From positions 832,001-896,000 of the forward strand of contig CBDEGZ010000003.1 in NCBI GenBank assembly GCA_965238175.1: a stretch of 64,000 nt of DNA. The letters run 5' to 3'. Both the position numbers and the translations under genes were made by a program. The notes beneath the pieces are model-generated. The model was not told the DNA's origin and made no database searches. It saw only the letters and a list, made by a program, of their open reading frames with translations. This document shows positions 10,872 to 21,765 of the stretch, one piece after another (the first letter of the stretch is position 1; every line of letters begins with the position of its first letter). The DNA comes from Gammaproteobacteria bacterium (lineage in GTDB: Bacteria; Pseudomonadota; Gammaproteobacteria; CAJXQU01).

Positions 10872-12314
10872 ATGAGAAGAACGAAAATTGTTGCAACCCT
10901 AGGGCCAGCTACAGATAGCCCAAAAGTACTAAAACAGCTAATCATGGCTGGAGCAGATACGGTCAGACTAAATTACTCGCATGGAACCCACGAGGAACAA
11001 GAAAAACGTGTCCAACAGGTTTATGAAATCACCAAAGAATTGGGGCGCCATGTTGGCATTATGGCTGATCTGCAAGGGCCTAAAATTCGTATAGCTTCGT
11101 TTAAAGAGGGTTTTGCCATTCTTGAAGAAGGGGATGAGTTTGATTTGGATACCGCGCTAAAAGATGATGCTGGCGATGAACATCAAGTAGGGATCACTTA
11201 TAAAAACCTGGTAAATGATGTAAAAAAAGGCGATAACTTACTTCTTGACGACGGACGGATCATTTTACAAGTTGAGCGGATCCGCGATACGCGGATTAAA
11301 TGTACAGTTTTATTAGGAGGTTACCTTTCAAATAATAAAGGTCTTAATAAAGAAGGTGGCGGTTTATCTGCTAAAGCACTTACTGCGAAGGATCGTCGTG
11401 ATTTACGGCATGCGATTGGTTTAGGGGTCGATTTTATTGCGCTTTCATTTCCAAGAGATGCGAAAGATGTAGAAGGTGCGCGTCGATTGATCAAAAAAGA
11501 AGGGGGTGAGTGCCGTATAATTGCGAAAATTGAACGAGCTGAGGCCATTGAGAACGAAAAGGAAATCATAGAGGCTGCTGATGCGATTATGATTGCACGT
11601 GGTGATTTAGGTGTTGAAATTGGCGATGCTTCTTTACCACCCGTACAAAAGCGACTGATCAAAAAAGCCCGAAGAATGAATCGTGCAGTGATCACTGCAA
11701 CACAAATGATGGAATCGATGATCGAGAATCACATTCCGACTCGCGCAGAGGTTTTCGATGTCGCTAACGCGGTACTTGATGGCACGGATGCAGTGATGTT
11801 ATCGGCGGAGACAAGCATTGGGAAAAATCCAGTAAAGGTGGTGGAAGCGATGGCTCGGATCATTACTGAGACTGAACGTCAGCGTGGTTCATTGGGTGCC
11901 GATTATCGAATTGAACAAAAATTTGAAGAGATCGATGAAACGATTGCCATGTCGACTATGTACGCGGCGAATCATATGAAAGCTAAAGCGATTATTGCCT
12001 TGACAGAAACTGGTAGTACTACTAAATGGATGTCACGAACTCGATCTGGTATTCCCATCTTTGCCTTCACACGAACAGCAAGAACCTGTCGTCGCGTGAC
12101 GCTGTTTCGAGGTGTGTACCCATTTTTATATGACATTACCGATTCAGATTTTCTTGAAGCAAATAAGGAAATGATCGAGCTATTAAAATCTCACAATGCG
12201 GTAAAAGATGATGATGTAGTCATTATTACAAAGGGCGATCTCCAGGGTTCTCAAGGGGGGACTAATGTTATGAAGATTGTTCGCGTCGGCCAATTAGTTG
12301 CTCATAGAAGTTAA
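10872..12314 (+). CDS. pyk: Pyruvate kinase
   Basis: RRTKIVATLGPA, DLQGPKIR, IARGDLGVE, DGTDAVMLSAET. Confidence 0.98.
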   Translation: MRRTKIVATLGPATDSPKVLKQLIMAGADTVRLNYSHGTHEEQEKRVQQVYEITKELGRHVGIMADLQGPKIRIASFKEGFAILEEGDEFDLDTALKDDAGDEHQVGITYKNLVNDVKKGDNLLLDDGRIILQVERIRDTRIKCTVLLGGYLSNNKGLNKEGGGLSAKALTAKDRRDLRHAIGLGVDFIALSFPRDAKDVEGARRLIKKEGGECRIIAKIERAEAIENEKEIIEAADAIMIARGDLGVEIGDASLPPVQKRLIKKARRMNRAVITATQMMESMIENHIPTRAEVFDVANAVLDGTDAVMLSAETSIGKNPVKVVEAMARIITETERQRGSLGADYRIEQKFEEIDETIAMSTMYAANHMKAKAIIALTETGSTTKWMSRTRSGIPIFAFTRTARTCRRVTLFRGVYPFLYDITDSDFLEANKEMIELLKSHNAVKDDDVVIITKGDLQGSQGGTNVMKIVRVGQLVAHRS

Positions 12315-12468
12315 AAAAGCCTAAACAATTGAAAGTATCAGGCAACAATATTTTACGGGCAACGATTTAGCACTTGTAGAAGTATTCTTATACTCAGATA
12401 ATTGTTGAACGCGATCAAACACAACTTGTTTTAATAATTAACTTAAAGAACTATCAGGGAAAAAACTA

Positions 12469-13533
12469 ATGGCAGTTATATCACTACGACAATTACTCGA
12501 TCACGCCGCAGAAAACGGATATGGCGTTCCTGCTTTTAACGTCAATAATCTTGAACAGATGCAAGCCATAATGGAAGCTGCGGATGCGACAGATAGTCCA
12601 ATAATTGTCCAGGCTTCTGCTGGCGCAAGAAAATATGCAGGCGCCCCTTTTTTACGGCATTTAATGGAAGCTGCAGTAGAGCTTTATCCACACATTCCAC
12701 TTGTTATTCATCAAGATCATGGCACTAGTCCGTCAGTATGCCAGCGCTCAATTCAACTTGGTTTCTCATCGGTGATGATGGATGGATCGCTTGGTACAGA
12801 TGGAAAAACACCAACCAGTTATGACTACAATGTTGATGTAACTCGTCAAACGGTTGAAATGGCGCATGCATGCGGTGTCTCTGTTGAAGGTGAGTTGGGT
12901 TGTCTAGGTTCATTGGAAACAGGTGAAGCGGGCGAGGAAGATGGCATAGGCGCAGACGTTATATTGACTCATGATCAAATGTTGACAGATCCGGAGGAAG
13001 CCGCTGACTTTGTTAAGAAGACTAATGTTGATGCCTTAGCCATTGCGATAGGAACAAGTCATGGCGCTTATAAATTCACAAAACCACCTACTGGAGATGT
13101 ACTGGCGATTGATCGAGTCAAAGCCATACATGCAAGGATTCCAAATACGCATCTTGTTATGCATGGTTCTTCATCTGTTCCTCAGGATTGGTTGCAGATT
13201 ATTAATGAACATGGTGGTGATTTAGGTGAGACATATGGTGTGCCACTTGAGGAAATTCAGGAAGGTATTAAGCACGGTGTGCGTAAGGTTAATATAGATA
13301 CGGACTTGCGTATGGCAAGTACAGGATCAATTCGTAAGTTCATGGCTGAAAATCCAAAAGAATTTGATCCGCGCAAATACCTTGGTGTCTCACGAGATGC
13401 AATGAAGGGTATTTGTATCGAAAGATTCGAAGCATTCGGTACGGCAGGGAATGCATCAAAAATTAAACCTATTACATTGGAGACGATGTTTAATAAGTAT
13501 GGAAAAGGCGAACTTGATGCCGTTGTAACTTAG
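12469..13533 (+). CDS. fba: Class II fructose-bisphosphate aldolase (CbbA/Calvin-cycle subtype)
   Basis: [43 protein letters not shown]. Confidence 0.96.
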   Translation: MAVISLRQLLDHAAENGYGVPAFNVNNLEQMQAIMEAADATDSPIIVQASAGARKYAGAPFLRHLMEAAVELYPHIPLVIHQDHGTSPSVCQRSIQLGFSSVMMDGSLGTDGKTPTSYDYNVDVTRQTVEMAHACGVSVEGELGCLGSLETGEAGEEDGIGADVILTHDQMLTDPEEAADFVKKTNVDALAIAIGTSHGAYKFTKPPTGDVLAIDRVKAIHARIPNTHLVMHGSSSVPQDWLQIINEHGGDLGETYGVPLEEIQEGIKHGVRKVNIDTDLRMASTGSIRKFMAENPKEFDPRKYLGVSRDAMKGICIERFEAFGTAGNASKIKPITLETMFNKYGKGELDAVVT

Positions 13534-13554
13534 AACTGTTTATATCAAGTAAAC

Positions 13555-13585
13555 AAAAAAACGGCTTTATAAAGCCGTTTTTTTT
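13555..13585. terminator. Bidirectional rho-independent terminator after fba
   Basis: aaaaaaacggcttt-at-aaagccgtttttttt, flanked by A and T tracts, between convergent fba and xth. Confidence 0.85.
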
Positions 13586-13796
13586 GATCTGCTGAGTTGA
13601 ATTTAACTAATCCCAGCTCAGTGATTGGAATTGCGATGAGATCTGTCCCGACTCGCTCCCCATAATTACTGAGAATGATTTTCGTATCTTATTAAAAATT
13701 TTATCTTTGACTTTATTCTCAAGTTTTGATTGGTTTCAAATTGTAAATGCCGCATGTTAAATTCTTATCGAATTAATGAGGCCTGATCAGACTTTA

Positions 13797-14564
13797 TTAC
13801 AAATCATACGTCATGATCAACGGAGCGTGATCAGAAAAACTTTCTTCTCGATAAATCTCTGTTGTCAGTACTTTACCTTTTAAGCTGGGTGAAACAATCT
13901 GATAGTCAATTCGCCAACCGACGTTGTTGGCTCGTGCTTGTCCTCGGTTCGACCACCAAGTGAATTGATCTGGTTGTTGATTAATCTCACGAAACGCATC
14001 AATAAACCCAAGTTCATCAAAAATTTTAGTCATCCATTCTCGTTCTTCGGGTAAAAATCCCGAATTCTTTTTATTACCCTTCCAGTTTTTAAGATCAATT
14101 TCTTTATGAGCAATATTCCAATCACCGGAGATGATGTAATCACGTCCATCCTTGCTCATTTCTTCAAGTCGTGGATAGAATCGATCAAGAAAATCAAACT
14201 TTCTTGCTTGACGTTCTTCGCTAGAAGAGCCGGAGGGTAAATACAATGAGATGACGCTAAGGTTTCCAAAATCGGCTTGAATAAAACGACCCTCGCGATC
14301 AAAATCTTCCCAGCCAAGTCCGACGATGGTTTGATCTGGTTTTTCTTTTGTATATAAAGCGACGCCGCTGTATCCTTTTTTTTCTGCATCATGAAAGTGG
14401 GTGTGAAAGCCATCTGGTGCAACAATTTCATCTATGAGTTGATCAATTTGTGCTTTAGTTTCTTGTACGCAAAGTACATCCACATTTTGTTTGGGGAGCC
14501 AGTCAAAAAAACCTTTTCGATGGGCAGCACGAATTCCGTTGAGATTAGCAGAGATTATTTTCAT
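13797..14564 (-). CDS. xth: Exodeoxyribonuclease III family AP endonuclease at the crc-like locus
   Basis: SANLNGIRAA, CVQETK, GYSGVA, GDWNIAH, GWRIDY, SDHAP. Confidence 0.9.
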   Translation of the reverse strand: MKIISANLNGIRAAHRKGFFDWLPKQNVDVLCVQETKAQIDQLIDEIVAPDGFHTHFHDAEKKGYSGVALYTKEKPDQTIVGLGWEDFDREGRFIQADFGNLSVISLYLPSGSSSEERQARKFDFLDRFYPRLEEMSKDGRDYIISGDWNIAHKEIDLKNWKGNKKNSGFLPEEREWMTKIFDELGFIDAFREINQQPDQFTWWSNRGQARANNVGWRIDYQIVSPSLKGKVLTTEIYREESFSDHAPLIMTYDL

Positions 14565-14618
14565 TACAGTTCCTAAAGTTTGTTAAACTAACGTGCTTTC
14601 CATTATACCCATGAAACC

Positions 14619-15269
14619 ATGCAAGAATATCAACAAGAGTTTATTGAATTTGCCCTTGAATGTGAGGTCCTGAAGTTTGGTAGTTTTACGCTAAAATCTG
14701 GCCGACAAAGTCCGTATTTTTTTAATACAGGATTATTCAACACCGGTGAAAAACTCGCTCGACTAGGTAATTATTACGCACGAGCGATCATCGATTTCGG
14801 TATTGAATTCGATATGATTTATGGTCCAGCTTATAAAGGTATTCCTTTAGCTTCTGCTACAGCGATTGCGCTTGCAGAGAAACATGATCGTGATGTCCCT
14901 TATGTATTTAATCGCAAAGAAGTCAAAGATCATGGTGAAGGAGGCATGACGCTCGGCGCGCCTTTGGCCGGGAAAATATTGATCATTGATGATGTTATTT
15001 CGGCAGGCACATCAGTCAATGAATCCATCGAAATTATTAATGCAGCTGATGCAGAACCTGTTGGTGTAGTGATTTCACTAAATCGGCAAGAAGTCGGCAA
15101 AGGAGGGTTGTCTGCGATTCAGGAAATTGAGCAACAGAAAAAAATCCCTGTCGCAAGTATTGTGGCGCTGACAGATTTGATCGAACATCTTGCTGATCAA
15201 AAAGGTGACATGCAGAAATATCGTGATCAGATTTTGGCGTATAGAGAACAATACGGCGAGAAAAGTTAA
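14619..15269 (+). CDS. pyrE: Orotate phosphoribosyltransferase
   Basis: [40 protein letters not shown]. Confidence 0.98.
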   Translation: MQEYQQEFIEFALECEVLKFGSFTLKSGRQSPYFFNTGLFNTGEKLARLGNYYARAIIDFGIEFDMIYGPAYKGIPLASATAIALAEKHDRDVPYVFNRKEVKDHGEGGMTLGAPLAGKILIIDDVISAGTSVNESIEIINAADAEPVGVVISLNRQEVGKGGLSAIQEIEQQKKIPVASIVALTDLIEHLADQKGDMQKYRDQILAYREQYGEKS

Positions 15270-15275
15270 ATGCAA

Positions 15276-15370
15276 GCGCTCTTTTTCACCTCAATATGTT
15301 ATCAGCCGGTCGTTTATTTAGAATAACTAAACTTTGCTTACTCTGCCTTGCTTGAGGCGAAAAAGAGTGC
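15276..15370. repeat. Solo hairpin module homologous to the 18571-18863 element
   Basis: Arms gcgctctttttcacctcaa / ttgaggcgaaaaagagtgc enclose ggtcgtttatttagaataactaaactttgcttactctgccttg, which aligns with the reverse complement of 18628-18671. Confidence 0.75.
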
Positions 15371-15417
15371 TCGCCAGTTTTGGCTTATGGTTGATGAATA
15401 ATCTCAGTATTTTAAAG

Positions 15418-16173
15418 TTAACCAAGAATTAATTTTAAGCCAATCACAATGGTTAGAACTTCATAGACCTTTTTGATCCAATAATTTCCTTTAGCAATCG
15501 ATAGATGTGCGCCTGCGTAGCCTCCAAGTAATGATCCTAGCAATAGTGCAGGCAACCAATTCCAGCGGATTTCACTTAATAAGCCAAGCGTTAATGCACC
15601 AGCGCCGTTCCAGAACATGCCGACAAGAATGAGTGTGTAGGCGACGGCGCATTTGTATTCAAGCCCAAACCAACGCACTAACCAAAGTGTGACGAAAAGT
15701 CCGGTTCCTGAAGTGAGCGAACCATTCAGTATTCCGATCATAAATAGAACGATACCACCGATCAAATAACCTGACATTGTTCTATTAGTCGTAAGAGTTT
15801 GTTGCCCCAGCGATGGTGTAAGCCAAGAGTAAATTCCTAGCGCGATTGTTAAACATCCCAATGACATTTCTGCCCAGCGATCCGGTACGTCAAGGATAAT
15901 ATGCGCGCCGATCAAAACACCCGGAATACCGGTGCCTAAAATAAATATTGCAAATTTTAGATCAAGCATTTTCTCGCGAGAGTGGCGTATTGTTGCGCCG
16001 ATCCCAAGTGCGACACTGGCAAATTTATGCGTGCCGAGTGCGATAGAAAATGGCAGGCCCAAAAACAGCAAAGCTGGTAGTTGGATTAAACCGGCACCAC
16101 CGCCAGCAAAAGCCGAAAATAGATTAGCTAGAAATGAGATGACGAAGAGGACTGTTTGATCGTAGAAATTCAT
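15418..16173 (-). CDS. TSUP (TauE/SafE) family membrane transporter
   Basis: AFAGGGAGLIQLPAL motif, about 8 hydrophobic segments, GSLLGGYAGA. Confidence 0.85.
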   Translation of the reverse strand: MNFYDQTVLFVISFLANLFSAFAGGGAGLIQLPALLFLGLPFSIALGTHKFASVALGIGATIRHSREKMLDLKFAIFILGTGIPGVLIGAHIILDVPDRWAEMSLGCLTIALGIYSWLTPSLGQQTLTTNRTMSGYLIGGIVLFMIGILNGSLTSGTGLFVTLWLVRWFGLEYKCAVAYTLILVGMFWNGAGALTLGLLSEIRWNWLPALLLGSLLGGYAGAHLSIAKGNYWIKKVYEVLTIVIGLKLILG

Positions 16174-16298
16174 CAGAGGTTTCCTAAAGTTCTTGTTTAA
16201 ACTGCCGATGGTTCTCGTATCAAGGAAGATATTTTAGCAGTGTGGTCTTCTATTACCTAAAGATAATAGTTTTAACATTTCAAAAAAAGGATTTTCTC

Positions 16299-16925
16299 AT
16301 GATTTCAAATTTTCATCGCATTGTAATTATTTCAGCGCTTTTCGTAATATTCATGTCTTCTTCCCATGCTGGAATCAAATGTTGGAAAAACAGTGATGGC
16401 TATCGTGAATGCGGTAATCATATTCCGCCAGAATATGCGCAGCAGGATAGCAAGCAGTTTAATAAATATGGTGTGACGACAGAAAAACAGGTGCGTGCTA
16501 AGACTAAAGAAGAGTTAGATGAGGCCGAAAGACTTGCAGCAATAGAAGATCAAAAACAGTTAGAGATCAAAAAACGAAAAGATGCTGATCAACTATTATT
16601 AAATTCTTTTGCATCAGCAGATGACATTATTCTTGCACGTGAAGGCAAGCTCTCTTCTTTAGACTCAGAAGTCAGCCTTCGCGAAGCGCATATTGAAAAT
16701 CTTCAAATGAATCTGGATAAGATTGTTACTGTTGCGATAGATATGGAACGTCGTGGGGAGTCTATAACAGAAAAAGTACTGATGGATATTGAAAGTGTAA
16801 AATCACAAATTTCGGAAACTAAGACATACATTAAGATTAAGCAAAATGAGAAGATTCTGGTCAAACAACAATATGATCAGGATCTCATCCGCTATAATAG
16901 ACTTCAACCAGAAGTTTATTATTAG
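16299..16925 (+). CDS. Secreted coiled-coil protein, DUF4124-like N-terminus
   Basis: Signal peptide ending SSHA, then GIKCWKNSDGYRECGNHIPPEYA and a long coiled coil with DQLLLNSF. ATG at 16299 follows AAGGA. Confidence 0.6.
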   Translation: MISNFHRIVIISALFVIFMSSSHAGIKCWKNSDGYRECGNHIPPEYAQQDSKQFNKYGVTTEKQVRAKTKEELDEAERLAAIEDQKQLEIKKRKDADQLLLNSFASADDIILAREGKLSSLDSEVSLREAHIENLQMNLDKIVTVAIDMERRGESITEKVLMDIESVKSQISETKTYIKIKQNEKILVKQQYDQDLIRYNRLQPEVYY

Positions 16926-16961
16926 GCGAGTGCTAACTAACAAAATTTAGCTTGGTTCTTC

Positions 16962-18528
<1,567 letters not shown>

Positions 18529-18570
18529 TCAAGCTTTCCGAGGATAGATGTGATTATTTCTCTGTTGCTT

Positions 18571-18863
18571 TAGGGGTTGTTGATTTTTCAAGGGCATTAT
18601 TAACTGCTAGAACGCTTTTTGTCCCAACAAGGCAGAAGGAGCGAGGTTTAGTCATTACTAAATGAACGACCTTAAGTAAATGATTAATAAAACGCGGTTG
18701 GGGCAAAAAAGCGTCCCAGCCCTACGGGTTAAGGTTAAAAATGCTTCTATCTGTGTTGGTCATCACTTATTTGGAATGACTAAACCTCGTTCTTCGCGCC
18801 CTTGATAGAAGCATTTTTAGGCTCAAAAGTTAGTGCCCATGAAAGACCGACCAACAACCCCTA
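18571..18863. mobile_element. 293 bp MITE-like structured element with TA-ended terminal inverted repeats
   Basis: taggggttgttg (18571-18582) and caacaaccccta (18852-18863) form a perfect 12 bp IR that extends imperfectly to about 35 nt. Two internal long hairpins; no ORF in the track. Confidence 0.8.
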
Positions 18864-21269
18864 GTACGGTAGTTTTAATTCAGGGTCGAGTGTTAAAAGT
18901 TGTTCTCTAAAGAGTTCTTGAATTCGGGTCAACGCGGTTTCATTGTCAGCTTCAAAACGCATGACTAGGCAAGGCGTAGTATTAGAAGGTCGAATCAAGC
19001 CCCAACCGTCAGGAAAATCAACACGTATTCCATCTATTGTTCCAATATTGCCATCACCAAAATCTGCAATTTCGCTTAGACTCGCCATGAACCCAGCATG
19101 TTGATCTTCATGCATGTTTACTTTCAATTCGGGTGTAGAAACACCACCTGGCAAACGACCTAAAACTTCATGTGGTTCTTGATCTGCTTTAGTCAGAATT
19201 TCCAACAGTCGGGCAGCGGTGTATAGACCATCATCAAAGCCATACCAACGCTCTTTGAAGAACACATGACCGCTCATTTCCCCAGCCAAAAGTGCACCAG
19301 TTTCCTTCATTTTTGCTTTGATCAAAGAATGCCCGGTTTTCCACATAGTCGCTTTGCCACCGGCTTCTTCGATCACTCGTTTTAGGTGATTACTACACTT
19401 AACATCGAAAATGATCTCACCGCCTGGATTTCGTTCGATCACGTCGCGCGCGAACAACATCATTTGACGGTCTGGCCAGATGATGTTTCCTTCGCGATCT
19501 ACGACACCGAGTCGGTCACCGTCACCATCAAAAGCGAAACCAAGATCGGCATTTTGAGTTTTTACTGTATTGATCAGATCTTCTAGATTTTCTGGTTGGC
19601 TAGGATCAGGATGGTGATTGGGGAAGTTGCCATCAATCTCGCAGAATAGTTCGATCACATCGTGTCCCAATGCGCGGATCAGTTGTGGTGCAAGCTGACC
19701 GGCAACGCCATTACCAGCATCAATCACGACTTTGAACGAATGACTTAACGCAACAGGAATGTCCTCTGTGATACGGCGAATATATTCTGATCCTATTTCA
19801 GTAGATTGAGCTTGGCCTTCACCCGTCGTGAAATCAGAATTCAGTATTCGTTGTCGTAACGATTGTATTGCCTCATCGGCAAGAGTGGTGCCAGCCAGAA
19901 CCATTTTGATACCATTATAATCAGGTGGATTATGGCTGCCGGTGATCATAATACCGCTGCTGGTATCAAAGTAATTCGCAGCAAAATAGAGCACAGGTGT
20001 TGGAACCATACCGATATCGATCGTCTCACGACCGCTGTCGGTTAGGCCTTTAATCAAAGCTTCAGATAATGTTGGACTTGATAGTCGGCCATCTCGACCG
20101 ACAGCGACAGTATTATCACCGCGTGCGATGGCTTCACTACCCAATGCTCGACCGATGTTATAGACGATCTGCTCGGTCAGGGTTTTACCAACGACTCCAC
20201 GAATGTCGTAAGCTCTGAAGATAGAAGCTGGCGCATGTGTAGCTTCATCTAATAGATCAACATCAGTTTGTTCAATTTCTTCTATCGATTCTTCATCTAC
20301 CCCATCAACTTCTTCCACTTCTACCTTTTTACTACTTGTTGTAACTTTGTTGTCAATAAATTCATTTTCTTTTTTGGGAGCTGGCTGTTTTTCAGGAACA
20401 ATTGTCGAAGTTTTTGGGTGGTTAGCAAGGCTTTCTGCAAGTTTTTCCGCATTTTGTCTTTTTCGACGCCAAAATAGTAAGGCCCCGACCAAGGCTGATA
20501 AACTAATCAAGCCTATAGCTATAGCGCCCTTATCTATCGAGGGATAGGGACGAACATTTATTGTCCATCTGGTTCCTGTAATGGGTATATTTGTGTTTTG
20601 GTCTGTCTTAGCAAGGTTTTTGTCACCGACAGTGACTAACGGTAGTACGGAATCATCAGAGTTTGTGCCTTGTCGAAGTTGTATTAAAGCTTCGTTTTCA
20701 TTGAAAGCCTTTTTGAATAGTGTACGAACAGGCTCAGCGTTAAGGCTTAGATGTAATCCGCCAATCGCTTTTCCTTCATTATTATTTACACGTTGTACAA
20801 GAACAATGTGTTCGGATTCTTTGTTTGGGAACAACCATTCAATAGGAACAGATGAAGTCGAATCCATTGCTTTGTGGATCATTTTAATAGAGGCAAAAGT
20901 CAGAGGTGGTTTTTCCTTGTCGGTTTTACTCACATCAGGCAGCAGCAACCGTAATTTTAAGCCATGTTCAAAACGCTGGGTCAATTTTTTAGCTATATTT
21001 CTGCCTTTATTTTCATCATAGTTTTGGAAGAAGGATATTATTGTTGGATCCTGGCTTAATTTGTCCAGTTTATGGATATTGTTAGTAAAAAAAGACTGGA
21101 TTTGATTAGAAACATCTGTTGCGTATTCTATTATCTCTTGATTATTTGCAGTCAGTTGTTGGTCTTTACTTGCAAGGCAATCGGGAATATACAAGACCAC
21201 TAGAAGTAACAGTAATAAAACGGCGCCGATGTTTAAACGGGATTTGTGTTCTTCAAAAAATAAAGACAT
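18861..21269 (-). CDS. algC: Phosphomannomutase/phosphoglucomutase, long membrane-anchored form
   Basis: The C-terminal about 460 aa has SIFRAYDIRG, MITGSHNP, FDGDGDR and GEMSGH. The N-terminal about 340 aa has a hydrophobic leader, an extracytoplasmic domain, a TM helix (AIAIGLISLSALVGALLFW-RRKR) and an acidic linker. Confidence 0.92.
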   Translation of the reverse strand: MSLFFEEHKSRLNIGAVLLLLLLVVLYIPDCLASKDQQLTANNQEIIEYATDVSNQIQSFFTNNIHKLDKLSQDPTIISFFQNYDENKGRNIAKKLTQRFEHGLKLRLLLPDVSKTDKEKPPLTFASIKMIHKAMDSTSSVPIEWLFPNKESEHIVLVQRVNNNEGKAIGGLHLSLNAEPVRTLFKKAFNENEALIQLRQGTNSDDSVLPLVTVGDKNLAKTDQNTNIPITGTRWTINVRPYPSIDKGAIAIGLISLSALVGALLFWRRKRQNAEKLAESLANHPKTSTIVPEKQPAPKKENEFIDNKVTTSSKKVEVEEVDGVDEESIEEIEQTDVDLLDEATHAPASIFRAYDIRGVVGKTLTEQIVYNIGRALGSEAIARGDNTVAVGRDGRLSSPTLSEALIKGLTDSGRETIDIGMVPTPVLYFAANYFDTSSGIMITGSHNPPDYNGIKMVLAGTTLADEAIQSLRQRILNSDFTTGEGQAQSTEIGSEYIRRITEDIPVALSHSFKVVIDAGNGVAGQLAPQLIRALGHDVIELFCEIDGNFPNHHPDPSQPENLEDLINTVKTQNADLGFAFDGDGDRLGVVDREGNIIWPDRQMMLFARDVIERNPGGEIIFDVKCSNHLKRVIEEAGGKATMWKTGHSLIKAKMKETGALLAGEMSGHVFFKERWYGFDDGLYTAARLLEILTKADQEPHEVLGRLPGGVSTPELKVNMHEDQHAGFMASLSEIADFGDGNIGTIDGIRVDFPDGWGLIRPSNTTPCLVMRFEADNETALTRIQELFREQLLTLDPELKLPY

Positions 21270-21296
21270 TTTTTACTTTGTACTCATAAAGTTAGG

Positions 21297-21752
21297 TTAG
21301 TTTTTTCCGGTATGTCCGAAGCCTTCTTCGCCCCGGTCGCTTTCATCAAAGTTATCGACGATGTTTAGTTTTACTTGAACTACAGGTATGAACATTAGCT
21401 GGGCGATCCGCTCACCGGGTTCTATCTTAAATTCAGTGCTGCTACGATTCCAGCATGAGACAAAAAGTTGCCCCTGATAGTCAGAATCGATCAAGCCTAC
21501 CAGATTGCCCAAAACTATCCCGTGTTTATGGCCAAGTCCTGATCTCGGCAGGATTACAGCAGCGAGTGATTTATCACTAATATGGATTGCCATTCCAGTA
21601 GGAATCAACTCGGTTTCTCCAGGTTTAAGCAGCAATTTTTCATTAAGACAAGCACGTAGATCCATTCCTGCCGAGCCACTGGTTGCATAATCAGCTAACG
21701 GAAATTCATTTCCAATCCGCGGATCGAGAATTTTCAGTTCGATATTTTTCAT
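21297..21752 (-). CDS. dut: dUTP diphosphatase
   Basis: [32 protein letters not shown]. Confidence 0.98.
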   Translation of the reverse strand: MKNIELKILDPRIGNEFPLADYATSGSAGMDLRACLNEKLLLKPGETELIPTGMAIHISDKSLAAVILPRSGLGHKHGIVLGNLVGLIDSDYQGQLFVSCWNRSSTEFKIEPGERIAQLMFIPVVQVKLNIVDNFDESDRGEEGFGHTGKN

Positions 21753-21765
21753 GTTTTTATAGTCT

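Noticed and set aside
18571-18863. Integron attC site or CRISPR repeat interpretation
   Set aside because: There are no RYYYAAC/GTTRRRY boundaries in cassette context, no integrase, no regularly spaced direct repeats and no cas genes.
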